Assembly (NCBI GenBank): GCA_048128005.1
Contig: JBEUKZ010000105.1
Span: 1-64,000 of the forward strand
DNA length: 64,000 bases
DNA from: Veleropilina oligotropha
Taxonomy: Eukaryota
Direction: 5' to 3'
Shown here: one piece after another, positions 14,601 to 24,899 of the stretch
Layout: each line of letters begins with the position of its first letter
Position numbering within the stretch: the stretch's first letter is position 1
Notes under the pieces: model-generated
What the model saw: only the letters and a program-made list of their open reading frames with translations
Told to the model about the DNA's origin: nothing
Database searches by the model: none
Made by a program: the position numbers and the translations under genes

Positions 14601-17600
14601 CTAGCTTCTCTCCAATGCTGCATTCACCAACCACAGAATTCCAATCGTCTGGTGACACAAGGAAATATTGCTTTTTTCGCCCATTATCTCTTCAAGATGG
14701 TCGCAGATAACGACAGCTTCGGTTAACTGATATATGTTACTGGATTTTCTGTCATAAATACTTGAACTTAACTTTTCAGCGCGGTCATGTTATCAGGGGT
14801 AACTACATCTCAGAGACGCTTCGGTCGGTTCCGGGTGCAGAGGTCCGTGGAATCATGCTGGACGACCAGTTCTCGAGCGTCACCATCGAGCACAACGTCT
14901 TCCATGACGTAAGTAACACCGCAGGCACTAGCATATGTATTTCTCTGAAGTCAGTAAGTTTATCACCATTGCTTACCTATTCTTCCTCAAAGTAATTAGT
15001 TACGATTAAGAACTAGAGTAACCCAGAGATGTCATTCAAACAGTCTATCACGGAATGTAACACACAGGCTCAACTTACAATACTTTAAATCAACAGCCAG
15101 GAACGTTGAAAGTAATTTAAGTCTTTTATATGTCTTTGTGATATAGAAGTATCATGGTTAAGTAATAGATAATACACTGCCAGCTTGAGGCGTTATAATT
15201 CACATAGTAGACCGAGTGAGAACGAGGCTGCTATGTTATAACGCCGAGGGGTGGCGGCTGTATTATCTGTTATACACACCGCGGAAATCTATTGAAAATT
15301 GCAAGCTGTCACCCCTTAAAACATTCAATTGTCCAACATAACGCACTCTAGAGGCGTTATCAGAATTTCTCGTAAAGTCAACTCTTCCATTGGTAAGTTG
15401 CCTATCCAGTCTGGTCATCTTGCCGAGTTAACCATTGTCTCGGAACAATGGGTCAATTAACACTAGGAGGCCTATTGTTCAAATAATCCTCCCCATGGTG
15501 TGTATTATTTAATTAACATGCTGTTGAGCCCTTCAGCGTTAATTTATTTTTCATTAATATGACATGATTGCTCCTGAAATCAAATCTTTACGCACAAAAT
15601 TTATGCCGTTATCTGATTTTGAAGCATTATAATATCTGTTTTATTTTCTTTACCAGAACGAGATCCACCTTAACATCGGTGGGGGTCGCGACAACATCGT
15701 GAGGCACAACATATTTTACAAGTCCACCGCGGCCGCCTTGGAGGTCGATGGGCGAGGGATTAAACACAAATTCAGCGCACAATTGAACGCCAACTTGAAA
15801 GTAGGTTGCAAAAACAATGCATTTTTTGTCTTAATTTCATCCAATTTAATCAACACCTATACTTGATATGAACAATGCCGATTAAAGAAATTTCTACTTT
15901 CATGATGAGTGGTAATTATCAATTGGCATACGCGTGTACGCATCCACCACCAGCATACGCGTGTACGCATCCACCACCAGCATACGCGTGTACGCATCCA
16001 CCACCAGCATACGCGTGTACGCATCCACCACCAGCATACGCGTGTACGCATCCACCACCAGCATACGCGTGTACGCATCCACCACCAGCATACACATGTA
16101 CGCATCCACCACCAGCAAACGCGTGTACGCATCCACCACCAGCATACGCATGTACGCATCCACCACCAGCATACGCGTGTACGCATCCACCACCAGCATA
16201 CGCGTGTACGCATCCACCACCAGCATACGCGTGTACGCATCCACCACCAGCAAACGCGTGTACGCATCCACCACCAGCAAACGCGCAAACACGCAAACAC
16301 TCGCCGCTTTTGAACAGTTATGACACTTTTAAACTAACGTTTTGCAGGCTGTTCCGTATACCAGCGCCATATGGAAAAGTAAATATCCGAAACTCGTCAA
16401 TATTTTATCGGATACTCCAATGGAACCGCGAGGTACTTGAATTTTATGTCGTACATTATAGGTTTATAAATTTCTCCCAATGTGCCAACCATGCCGTACC
16501 TGTCGCCGAGTGTGGTCCTCCAGAGATAATATAGACATATTATGAGATGCTACATGCGATAATGTGCACCGATCTACACTGAACCAATTCTGCTGGCGAA
16601 AGAGAGAGATTAGTTGGTACCGATAGACAATAATATTATTTCACGAAAATATGACTATTTGTGGTTATTATATAGGGCTGTATGCAGAATAATGTTTAGA
16701 TGTTTTTAGAGTATCCAAAAATTTGATTTTGTAGTCATCATTGTGAAAAGTTCGTCTTGAATTCTGACTTTGAAAAAAGCCGCTTTGGTAGCTATTTATT
16801 TAATTTTTATCAAAATATAAACAATTCCATATACACTCCGTTCTATGTCAAGTGTGTACGTTCTAAAATGTTGCGCCGCTGAAATGCATACAGTATGTGA
16901 ACTAAAACATTGTTGCATTGGCCAAATAAATCATATGTTGGCTGTAAAATGTCGACATGCATAAGAAGAAACTGCATATTTTTCATAGTTAGGGATGACT
17001 CGAAAGTGACATAGGTATGTAAGTAAAATAAAATTTAATTAAAATGTGTCAATTTTATTTTAGGGAATGAGATTTACGAGAATGTCTTCTATTCAGTGCC
17101 CCACACCCAGACTGTAGCCTACTCCGGCGGGGATTCAATCATGAAACCCGAGTTCTACAACATTACGGACAATCTGCGCGTAAGTTAGGTGAACTAGAAT
17201 CGCCGGAATTAATATGTTTATAACATTTGAGCAACTTACTTGCACATGCAAAAAGGACATGAAAGGATCGATGCTTAATGTCCTGTATATTTCCAACCAT
17301 AATTAGGTTCAAAGCAGGACATGTCCATATTATCGCGGGAGGAAAGCCCGGTCGATCGGGAAAACCCACCCACACAGACCAGTTACGGACAACTCCGACT
17401 CATAACATGAGACAAAGATTGTAATGTCTCAACCGAGGTTCGAACCCATCACTGTTCGTGTCTGGCTTACGCATGCAATGATAATGTGAAACAACATACC
17501 TACATTGGCAGATTTACATATCATGGAAACATCAAATCAATATTTCTCGTAATTGGCGTGTTCATTATAGTTGTTGCTAGAAAATACTAAAAATATATGT

Positions 17601-20600
17601 CCATGTAGCATCACTATAATGAAAGATATAAACACAATAAAAACCACTCAATTTGTGAATACTAGTTTCTTAATTTAAAAAGGGTAACAACATCCTATCT
17701 GCAGCGTGATAATTATTGCCAGGCAAAGTCGTCATCTGCTGATTAGTGAAGTATTCGGGTATTGTTATATTCAACATCAAGTCTGAGTTTGTAAAATAAA
17801 ACAAATGCAATATAGAAAATTGTTCCTTCTTTAGAAATATATTTAGCGGAAACTGTAGTATTTAAAATAACTGTAAGAAAGTAACATATAGTTTGCGGCT
17901 AAGCATATCTCGTTTATATGTACATATATTTGAAAGAAACTTTACTGGAAAGCAACTGATGATGATGAAAAGAATGCTGAATTTTAATATTCATTTCGAA
18001 TCTCTTTTCCCCAGTTTGCGACCATGAGCGATTTCAATGATCCATCTAACGACGACTTCAGGATGAAGTGTGGAGGCGCCACGTGGGCGAACGCGCTGAA
18101 TGTGCCTCAACCCCCGACGCTGGCCGACGTCGGGCCGCGTCACCTCCCTGGACCTCTCTACACGAATTTAGGTATTGGTCTCACTAAAAATAATAGACAT
18201 AGGGTGACTTTAATGTATCGAGAGCTTGTAACGACTGCAATATAATAGCTTTGCTTTTATGTTTGATTTTTGTGGTATGTTAACATTTATCAATAACACA
18301 TTTACAGCACCATAGCTAATGATTCTGCATTGCAAAATTGAAAGCATATGATCAAGTTCACTTTTCGAGAAGTACCCCAACAGATATATTTTGCAAATTT
18401 TACAATATTCCGATTACAACCCTCATAAGGTATCAATAGATATTTCATAACTACGGCAGTAATGTTTATCCTGCACTGTTGCGTCTTGTTCAATATCGTC
18501 CGTTGTCATTCCATTTCGTTGGTACACATGTGACTGGATGATTATAGGAAAAGGTAACCGCGTGAGCGTACCTGGCTACCAGAACATTAACTGCCAGGTG
18601 CATTCCCAGGTGACCCCGCTCCAGACTCCGCTAAGGACTGCGGCGCTCCCGGATGGTTCCGGAAACAACACCGTCTACCACGTGCCCAGCAAAACAGGTA
18701 AGCGTTGCAAACCGAATATCCCTGTTAGCTCTTATAAAGGGAAGGAAATGATCGATGTTTAATGTCCTGTACATTTCTAACCATTAAGTTCAAAGCAGAA
18801 CATGTCCGTATTTTCGTGGGAGGCAAGTCCGGTCGCCCAGAGAAACCCGCACTCTCCGACCAGTTACGAACAACTGTGATTCATAACTCTGAACAAATAA
18901 TATCATGTCCCAACCGAGGTTCGAACCCAGTACTGTTCGCGTTAGCGGAATCAATCCAGTGATTTTCAGAGTCTGCAACCGAAACCACACGGCTGTCTTA
19001 TATAAATCTTCATTCTGTCATTCTTAAATGGTTGGAATTCATAAATGTTTGCGAAAATAGTAATGACCGCATACTATTTATATACACTGTCATAGTTTAG
19101 AGATATCTTAAAAAACGAAAGGATTTGGTTGGGATCGATGCTTAATGTTCCGTTTTTATGACATTATCAAATGGTCCGTGTGTGTAGATATACTTAGCCA
19201 AAATGAAAACTTGACACATGTTTTTTTTAAAATAAAATCGGAAAACTTAAATATGTGAAAATCAATAACATAACATTGCTGACCATGACACAACCGTTTG
19301 AAAATCGTGAATCTTGATTAGATTGTTCTTGAAATGCACGTGCGGGACGAAATTTTCAAGAAATGTCAATTTCCGCTCTGAAATTGCTACTGTACATCAT
19401 TTCTTCCGAAAGAGACAGTCATTGCGTTGTTTCGATAGTGTTTCTTCTGAAAAATATAAAGAAAGTTTTTTGAACTGAGAAATTAATCAATGCCTCGTCT
19501 TTCATGTCGGGACAGGGAGCGCGCCATCGGCAGGTTAGGGGCTGGACAGTCTGTGGCGGAAGTTGCGCGAATGCAGTCGACGTATGCAGTAGACATACGA
19601 TCCACAATCTGAGAACACGTCTCCAAGGACCTGGAACCACAGCAGACCGCCCACGTCCAGGTGCCCGACGTGTTACGACTCCAAATTAAGACCAACAAAT
19701 CCGGTTACGTCATCTTCGGAATCGTTTCGTGACGGCAACTTCAACCTGTAATGAACTCTTTCAACGTCGTGTGACACCCCAGACCATCAGAAACCGTCTT
19801 AGAGCTGCTGGCCTTCGAGCGCGAAGACCGTATACAGGATCGATATTGACTCCACTCCATCGACGTTAACGGGTTGCATGGGCTCGAGAGCACCTCATAT
19901 TCACCCAGAGACAGTGTAACAGATTCATCTTTAGTGACGAGTCTCGTTTCACACTTATATTTGCTGATGGACGTGTTAGGGTGTGGCGTAGGAGAAGGGA
20001 GCGGTATGCCTCAGCTTGTGTCAGGAAGATTGACATGTTTGCAGGTGGCAGTGTCATGGTTTGGGGAGCATTCACCGCTAACGCCAGAACACCCTTGATT
20101 ATCATCCAAGGAAATCTGACGGCAGCACAGTACAGAGATCAGGTCCTCAATCCAGTTTTGTTGCCCTTCTACAGACAACATGGTCCTGGTCTCACATTTC
20201 AACATGACAATGCTACGCCGCACACTGCAAGACTGAAACGTAACCTGCTTAAAGCTGCAAATGTTGACGTCATGGAATGGCCATCACTTTCTCCAGATCT
20301 CAACTCCAATGAACACATGTGGGATGAGCTTGACAGAAGGTCAAGAAGGCAGCGGGTCCAGCCACAGCCAATTTCGGAACTTGGCAAGGATTTAATCCAC
20401 CAATGGCGCCGACTTCCGGTTAGAGTGTTCAGACGTGTTCTGCAGTCCATGAGGAGACGATGTGTAGCTGTAATGGACGCTCGTGGTGGTCATAATCGCT
20501 ATTGACGTTCTTCAAATCTTTAATTCATGTTTGTGCTAACTTCAATTTTGAGGGTGTGTCAATTCAAACAACTGTGTCTGAACAATCACTAATTAAAAAA

Positions 20601-23600
20601 CACTTTTTCTTCGTCAATGTGTTAGATGGATTATTTTATAAGAATAATTTACAAATTTATGTACACTAGCAGATTTAGAGCAAAAAATACATCAAATTTA
20701 CGAAGTGTCAATTTTTCAATTTTGCTGAGTATATATATATGCCTCTCCGAAGATTCGAACTCGATCACTCCTGTAATGCCTATGTCACAAATACATCGTA
20801 AGCGGATACGGCGTCCGTGCGATGTGTGTTTTTGAAGATGTCGTACGGGCATCGGCGACATCCTACGAACACCGGTGACTATTTCGCCGGTTGTGTGGCA
20901 TCGTAGGGTCATCGGCAACTTTTAACGCGGAGTTACAATTTATTAAAGATCTACGATTTTGAAAATCAGGAATTCACCGCAGGCATATCGCAGAGGCACC
21001 TTACCCCATGAGAGATCGCAGGTAGCTCATAGGACATCCGTACGGCAGCCTTACGATGTCGGGACAAAATGTGGACGTCGTACGGTGACCGTACGGGAAT
21101 TTTAAGGTGACCTTACGGGAATGGTAATGTCACCTTACGATGTCCGCACAATTTGACCGCCCGCAAAATTATGTTAGCCCGTACGGGCACCGTATCTAAT
21201 GTGACCATGTCGCAGATTTTTTCCAGAAACCTACGATTCTTCCCCGATGTCGGAGAAGATGAGACGCCGTACGATTATCCATCATCGCACGGCGACCGGT
21301 GTATTTGTGACATAGGCATTAGTCCAGCGACTGACCCCAGAGTCTGCACAGAAAACCATTCAGCTGCCGGTGCGACCGATATATTAATAGGTTTATTAGA
21401 ATGCATAATAATATGTAGTCTATTACATGCTCCTTTGTAGGGTGTTGGCTGATAGCTAGCGATTGCCCAAATCATCAGAGCACGAGAGGCACGCATAAGG
21501 ACACACTGTCGACCACAGACGAGAGGCATTGTCTGCAGAGGGCCTCTGAGGTCTGGAAGTCGTGCGGACAGTCCAAGAAGGGCACCGTGGTCGCAGTCTA
21601 TGCGCCGACAGGTACAATATATAAACGTATAGCACCAGGTGCCACATGATACCCGGGCAGTCTGAGAAGGGCACATTGGTCGCGGTGTATGCATATACAG
21701 TTACAATGATGACGATGTATGCTCCCACAGAAACAATATATAAAGGTATATGCACTAGGTGCAATATGATTCCCATGCAGAAGAAGGACACAGTGGTCGT
21801 GGCGTATGCATCTATAAGTACAATATATAAACGTATATGCACTAGGTGTGATATCATAGCCGTACAGTTCAAGAAGGGCATAGTAGTCGCGGTGTATGCG
21901 CCTATAGGTACAGATTAATTCATGTATACACTAGGTGCGATACTTATGATACCTGAAATCCTTTGTTCGTAGTCATGTTACAACATAGTTAAAGCGATTA
22001 GAAATGGCCATGTGAAGATGGTCTACAGAACCGTTGGTTCCATGATATATTACGCCAACAATGTATGAATCTGGTTGAAACCCACACCCGAGATTCGATC
22101 CCAGGCAGCTCATCACTCGGTAGCCTTCATCCCTCCCTCAAATATTTAAGGAAATATGTTCAGGCCTCTAGATACAGGGGCGTACGGGCGTCTTTAAGCC
22201 AGCAGAAAAACGTAATACGCACATTTTTCAAAACTGGGTGCACATTTACGGTCATGATCACAAAATTGAGTGTACACTTTTCATAATCCTTATTGAATTT
22301 ATTGGTTTGAATGAAAGATCGCGGAAAAAGAAGCACTGTAATTATGGAAGGGGATAATTCACCACTTTAATGACATTAAATCAACATAATTATATCGTGA
22401 AGAACTGCATAGTTTGAATAAATACCTGAATATCTGAAGCTTCGGGATGCAAATTTCTAATTTAGTATATAAAAACACCCGGTCTTCGAAAACAGGATCG
22501 ATGTACCGTACATCCTGGGTGTACATGATTGTTACTTTCATGGCAAACGAGTTATGGGGTACTTTTCAGGCGCTTCCATGATCGCTGGAGAGGGGTGCTT
22601 TATGGCCGACTACGGTTGTCCGAAACACGGCAACACCCATTTTGTTCACCCCCGCATTCTGTCCAATAGCTACACCAACATTCACCATCCGGGGGAGCAC
22701 GGATGTCTGAGCATGGCGCGAGCCCAGTGGATCTACTGCGGAGGCGAACGGGATTATCCGGTCACAACGATATACGGGCCTACAGGTACGTGATATACTG
22801 TGGAGGTGAATTATATTATCTTGTCATAACGATATACGGGCCCACAAATATGTGATATACTGCGGAGATAAACGCGATTATCCGGTCACAATGATATACG
22901 TGCCCACAGGTACGTAATATACTGCGGAGGTGAATTATATTATCTGGTCACAACGATATACGGGCCCACAAGTATGTGATGTACTGCGGAGATAAACGGG
23001 ACCCACATGTACGTGATATACGGTGGATGTGGACGGGATTATCTAGTTATTAAGCCCACGGGTACGTGTATATACTGTGGTGGCGAACGGGAGAATATCG
23101 TGTCGAAACGATATAAGGGGCCACGGGTACGTGGATCTACTGTGGAGATGAACGGGATTATCCGACAACAACGGTATATGATCCAACATGTAGAGCGTGA
23201 CATGCTTCATGATGAAGGCGTTGTCTTACATCAATAGATTTTGCATAATTTCGTTATTTTGGTAATATCTAATTTGCCGGTAACAAAATCAAAAATAATT
23301 TAATTTGCAACGCCGATAAAATAAAGTATATTTACGCTGCTGACTGACGACAATTAAGAGTATCATTTTTAACAACCCCCAGGTTCATGCGCGGATCCAG
23401 GGGTCCAGGTTCATGCGCGGGTCCAGGGGGTCCTTTAAAATACAGAAATTCATGTTTTCATTGCAGTATTTGATTTAAGACACCTTTTAGCAATTACCCA
23501 GTCATATATATTCATCAAGATCAAGGATTTAAAGTTATATCTAATGAGATAAGCATATATTATATCGGAGGCGCGAACTATCATTGACCCACTTTGTTTA

Positions 23601-24899
23601 ACAAATAAATTTACCAATACAGTTTGGAAAAAATGTTTCATAAATGTTGGTATGAAATATCGCGTTTGCACTGTTATCATCTCGGTAACCTGAGCGGTCA
23701 CCGACAACAAGTAATATGCAAAATTAATATTAAAAAGTAAAAGGTAGCCTATAGTTCATACAAGTGTTCTTTAATTAATAAATATTATTTATGTTTACTA
23801 GTATTATATGATATAATCCCTTTTACATATTTCCGCCACATTTTAGGGAAGTTCCTCACAGCTGGGCAGGGGTGCTGGGTTCAAGTTACCGCTTGTCCCG
23901 TGGAGCCCGCCCTCAAACACATGTTTTATGACGATTTTGCAACAACAATGGGGGAAGCAGGTACTTATTATATAAAAATTTGCGTCATATTTCCTCACAT
24001 ATTAATTTTGTACGTTTTCATAATTATACAAATTAATCTGAGGATAATCACTTGCGCTTAGATTTACAGCCATCAGGTTTGGAAAAGTTCATTATAAATT
24101 CCAAAAGCGATTGGAAATTATCGAAATGACTATTCTTGTCTGTATCCAACATAGGCGTACATATGTGAAATTATCTGATAATCAAAATAAGTCGGGGTTT
24201 ACCCGTTTTAAGGCACTGCATAATATATTGTGTGGAATCTTGGTAACCTCGTCGTGATGCTAGTGAGTTCATGAAGATGGTCGCCATCGAAGTTAAATTG
24301 ACAAACTTTCAATTTCGCCATATCAAACAATAGTCATAAATTGCGTTTGTATTTGTAACCGTATTGAATTAAAATTTGAATATGTTGTAGAACATTACGG
24401 CGATATATCGAGTCGTTTCTTATCTGCAAGTTTATCGTTAGCCCCATTGTTTCCAACCTAAAGTTTGTATTTGGCGATATTTGTAGTCTTTAACTGTGCA
24501 TTATAAGGAACATAAATAATGGCCTGAAAATTGTAACCTTTGATTGCAAAAATCGTTAAATTGCACGGTGAGTTATGAAATTGGAAAATATTATATAGTT
24601 GAGGGCATGCGATTTCTTTCTTTTACTGTTTATTTGAGTGTTCTCACGTGTGCGTGCGCGTTTGTCGGCAATGTACAAAACGCTGCGCGGTTGATCTTAT
24701 TCCGTTAATATAGTTAATATAATGTCACGACATTTAACTTAATCACTAGTTTTCTTTGCATTATATCACCTTCATTATTTGTTGCTAAACAGACTGCCTG
24801 GCCAGAGCGCGATATTACTGGAAGCGATGCGGATCGCATGACGCACACCCGGTCACCGCGTTCTACAGACCATTGGTAAAATCGAGAACTGTTCCGTAA
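2527..24899 (+). CDS. Multi-exon gene, 5' part upstream of window: right-handed parallel beta-helix protein (GH141-like/pectin-lyase fold) with three C-terminal 4-Cys repeats; 18 exons, 765 aa visible
   Basis: Exons 2527-2642, 3217-3317, 3672-3760, 4233-4348, 5673-5797, 6856-6948, 7420-7592, 8354-8449, 14780-14908, 15657-15800, 16348-16432, 17064-17179, 18015-18171, 18548-18697, 21441-21611, 22570-22785, 23847-23960, 24793-24899. All have AG acceptors and GT donors (last exon ends at the stop) with matching phases; 2298 nt joined, no internal stop. Motifs GYWYWSWAD, NALAELDEAGEYYID..G.LYMWPP, IEDNHIHD, GNDHVMEYN, SDCGA.H.GRDW, GIMLDD, IGGGRDN. Confidence 0.9.
2685..2905 (-). mobile_element. 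tRNA-derived SINE family copy
   Basis: Shared sequence atcgatgcttaat..ggacatgtccatattatcgcgggaggaaagcc..gaccagttacggacaactgtgattcataac..gaggttcgaacccactactgttcgcgtcagcggaatc; B-box-like GGTTCGAACC on the minus strand. Confidence 0.75.
3217..3317 (+). CDS. Beta-helix gene exon
   Basis: tag|YWSWADFGIKIQHIDTATKTITLNRHTHYGIRP|gtgag; a duplicated second donor lies at 3369. Confidence 0.88.
3672..3760 (+). CDS. Beta-helix gene exon
   Basis: cag|GHFGQTPLAGWAEQGGYFSVVNALAELDEA|gtaaa. Confidence 0.88.
4233..4348 (+). CDS. Beta-helix gene exon
   Basis: cag|GEYYIDHHTGILYMWPPTASGHVAASDIVYGSLLDDCI|gtgag. Confidence 0.9.
4484..5435. mobile_element. Nested SINE(+) split by SINE(-) split by MITE
   Basis: Sense SINE 4484-4680 resumes at about 5371-5435; antisense SINE at 4681-4914 plus 5356-5370. 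Confidence 0.65.
4915..5355. mobile_element. MITE, TIR CAGGCGCGGATCCAGG, 5-bp TSD GAAGC
   Basis: TIRs at 4915-4930 and 5340-5355; gaagc at 4910-4914 and 5356-5360; uninterrupted SINE copies read ctgtcgaagcggcct. Confidence 0.85.
5673..5797 (+). CDS. Beta-helix gene exon
   Basis: cag|IDTNVRNLVLKDFSIEDCRSVGIRMTSAHGIKMENLEVKNT|gtgag. Confidence 0.87.
5988..6495 (+). mobile_element. Non-autonomous hairpin-ended (Crypton-like) element
   Basis: IR ttatcacatgac 5988-5999 / gtcatgtgataa 6335-6346, then a ~150-bp imperfect palindrome centred on CTCGCCAAGGCTCG 6412-6425. Confidence 0.65.
6856..6948 (+). CDS. Beta-helix gene exon
   Basis: cag|GYYGIFCDGNCRSLVISGCDVHGGDGGIKVK|gtaat. Confidence 0.87.
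7420..7592 (+). CDS. Beta-helix gene exon
   Basis: tag|GGSRQTLVSSGIVIEDNHIHDYSRVGAVGADAIRVDGVGTQIRYNHIHHGQYSGISFH|gtgag. Confidence 0.9.
8354..8449 (+). CDS. Beta-helix gene exon
   Basis: cag|GNDHVMEYNHVHHICMNASDCGALHCGRDWSA|gtaag. Confidence 0.9.
9105..9440 (-). mobile_element. ~330-bp hairpin-ended dispersed repeat; other copies at 15160-15510, 49553-49910 (inverted) and 52995-53295
   Basis: Shared gataatacactg..gcgttata..cgaggctg..tataacgccgaggggtg..atacacacc..ttgcaagctgtaacccc..cattcaattg..gccgagttaaccattgtct..; IR atacacacc/ggtgtgtat. Confidence 0.75.
9815..9915. repeat. 13-bp tandem repeat (catacaccatcgt)
   Basis: About 7 copies read directly. Confidence 0.85.
10024..10352 (-). mobile_element. 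Non-autonomous hairpin-ended element
   Basis: Palindrome 10024-10128 with ~45-bp arms; IR ttaaaacatttc 10134-10145 / gaaatgttttaa 10341-10352. Confidence 0.65.
10710..13026 (-). mobile_element. Degenerate RTE-like LINE fragment containing the 53-bp array; related segment at 13900-14340
   Basis: Minus-strand remnants NDQFGL..RNRGDAI..FFVVYEKAFNRV (RT start); 13900-14016 matches 11700-11735 plus 12946-13026. Confidence 0.55.
11732..12993. repeat. 53-bp minisatellite, about 24 copies
   Basis: Unit acaagctaccacctaccaccacccctcctaccccgcgtgagatcattgacctc; period 53 (11768 to 11821). Confidence 0.97.
13027..13880 (+). mobile_element. RTE-clade LINE ORF2 fragment (frameshifted)
   Basis: LLTDKDSIPNRWSEHFS; YKQGEK..CSNNRGITLLS; LYATFVDLTKAFETVSRTGLW; FSITNGVKQGYVLA; VYIRFRTDGNLF. 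Confidence 0.85.
14780..14908 (+). CDS. Beta-helix gene exon
   Basis: cag|RGHVIRGNYISETLRSVPGAEVRGIMLDDQFSSVTIEHNVFHD|gtaag. Confidence 0.9.
15657..15800 (+). CDS. Beta-helix gene exon
   Basis: cag|NEIHLNIGGGRDNIVRHNIFYKSTAAALEVDGRGIKHKFSAQLNANLK|gtagg. Confidence 0.9.
15927..16285. repeat. 27-bp intronic minisatellite, about 13 copies
   Basis: Unit catacgcgtgtacgcatccaccaccag within intron 15801-16347. Confidence 0.97.
16348..16432 (+). CDS. Beta-helix gene exon
   Basis: cag|AVPYTSAIWKSKYPKLVNILSDTPMEPR|gtact. Confidence 0.87.
17064..17179 (+). CDS. Beta-helix gene exon
   Basis: tag|GNEIYENVFYSVPHTQTVAYSGGDSIMKPEFYNITDNLR|gtaag. Confidence 0.87.
17255..17465 (-). mobile_element. tRNA-derived SINE family copy
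   Basis: Same family as 2685-2905. Confidence 0.75.
18015..18171 (+). CDS. Beta-helix gene exon
   Basis: cag|FATMSDFNDPSNDDFRMKCGGATWANALNVPQPPTLADVGPRHLPGPLYTNL|gtatt. Confidence 0.85.
18548..18697 (+). CDS. Beta-helix gene exon (linker)
   Basis: tag|GKGNRVSVPGYQNINCQVHSQVTPLQTPLRTAALPDGSGNNTVYHVPSKT|gtaag. Confidence 0.82.
18740..18996 (-). mobile_element. tRNA-derived SINE family copy
   Basis: Same family; includes the head with A- and B-box-like motifs. Confidence 0.75.
19191..20731 (+). mobile_element. Tc1 (DD34E) DNA transposon, full length but inactivated
   Basis: Imperfect TIRs tacttagccaaaatgaaaacttgacac / gtgtcaatttttcaattttgctgagta in TA context; transposase 19490-20505 with MPRLS..RERAIG, FSDESRF, FQHDNA, WPSLSPDLNSNEH; one frameshift and two TAA stops. 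Confidence 0.92.
20774..21321. mobile_element. MITE with 22-bp TIR (possibly PIF/Harbinger type)
   Basis: taatgcctatgtcacaaataca ... tgtatttgtgacataggcatta, plus internal tacgatgtc/ccgtacgg subrepeats. Confidence 0.75.
21441..21611 (+). CDS. Beta-helix gene exon (Cys repeat 1)
   Basis: tag|GCWLIASDCPNHQSTRGTHKDTLSTTDERHCLQRASEVWKSCGQSKKGTVVAVYAPT|gtaca. Confidence 0.85.
22570..22785 (+). CDS. Beta-helix gene exon (Cys repeat 2)
   Basis: cag|GASMIAGEGCFMADYGCPKH...GEHGCLSMARAQWIYCGGERDYPVTTIYGPT|gtacg. Confidence 0.87.
23847..23960 (+). CDS. Beta-helix gene exon (Cys repeat 3, first half)
   Basis: tag|GKFLTAGQGCWVQVTACPVEPALKHMFYDDFATTMGEA|gtact. Confidence 0.85.
24793..24899 (+). CDS. Beta-helix gene terminal coding exon
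   Basis: cag|(D)CLARARYYWKRCGSHDAHPVTAFYRPLVKSRTVP*; TAA at 24897-24899, AATAAA at 24915-24920. Confidence 0.82.

Noticed and set aside
15857..16534. Six overlapping ORFs (AYACTHPPP, TRVCWWWMR, etc.)
   Set aside because: Artefact of a stop-free 27-bp intronic repeat; the flanking exons splice in phase without it
21646..21918. ORF resembling the Cys-repeat exon end (also 23007-23237) as extra exons
   Set aside because: Degenerate intronic tandem copies of the exon end, lacking acceptors and a consistent frame
23380..23432. Duplicated ccaggttcatgcgcggatccagggg
   Set aside because: Looks like a lone TIR fragment related to the 4915 MITE; no partner end found
2527..24899. Bacterial contamination as the source of the beta-helix gene
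   Set aside because: 17 phase-consistent GT-AG introns, several containing animal transposons
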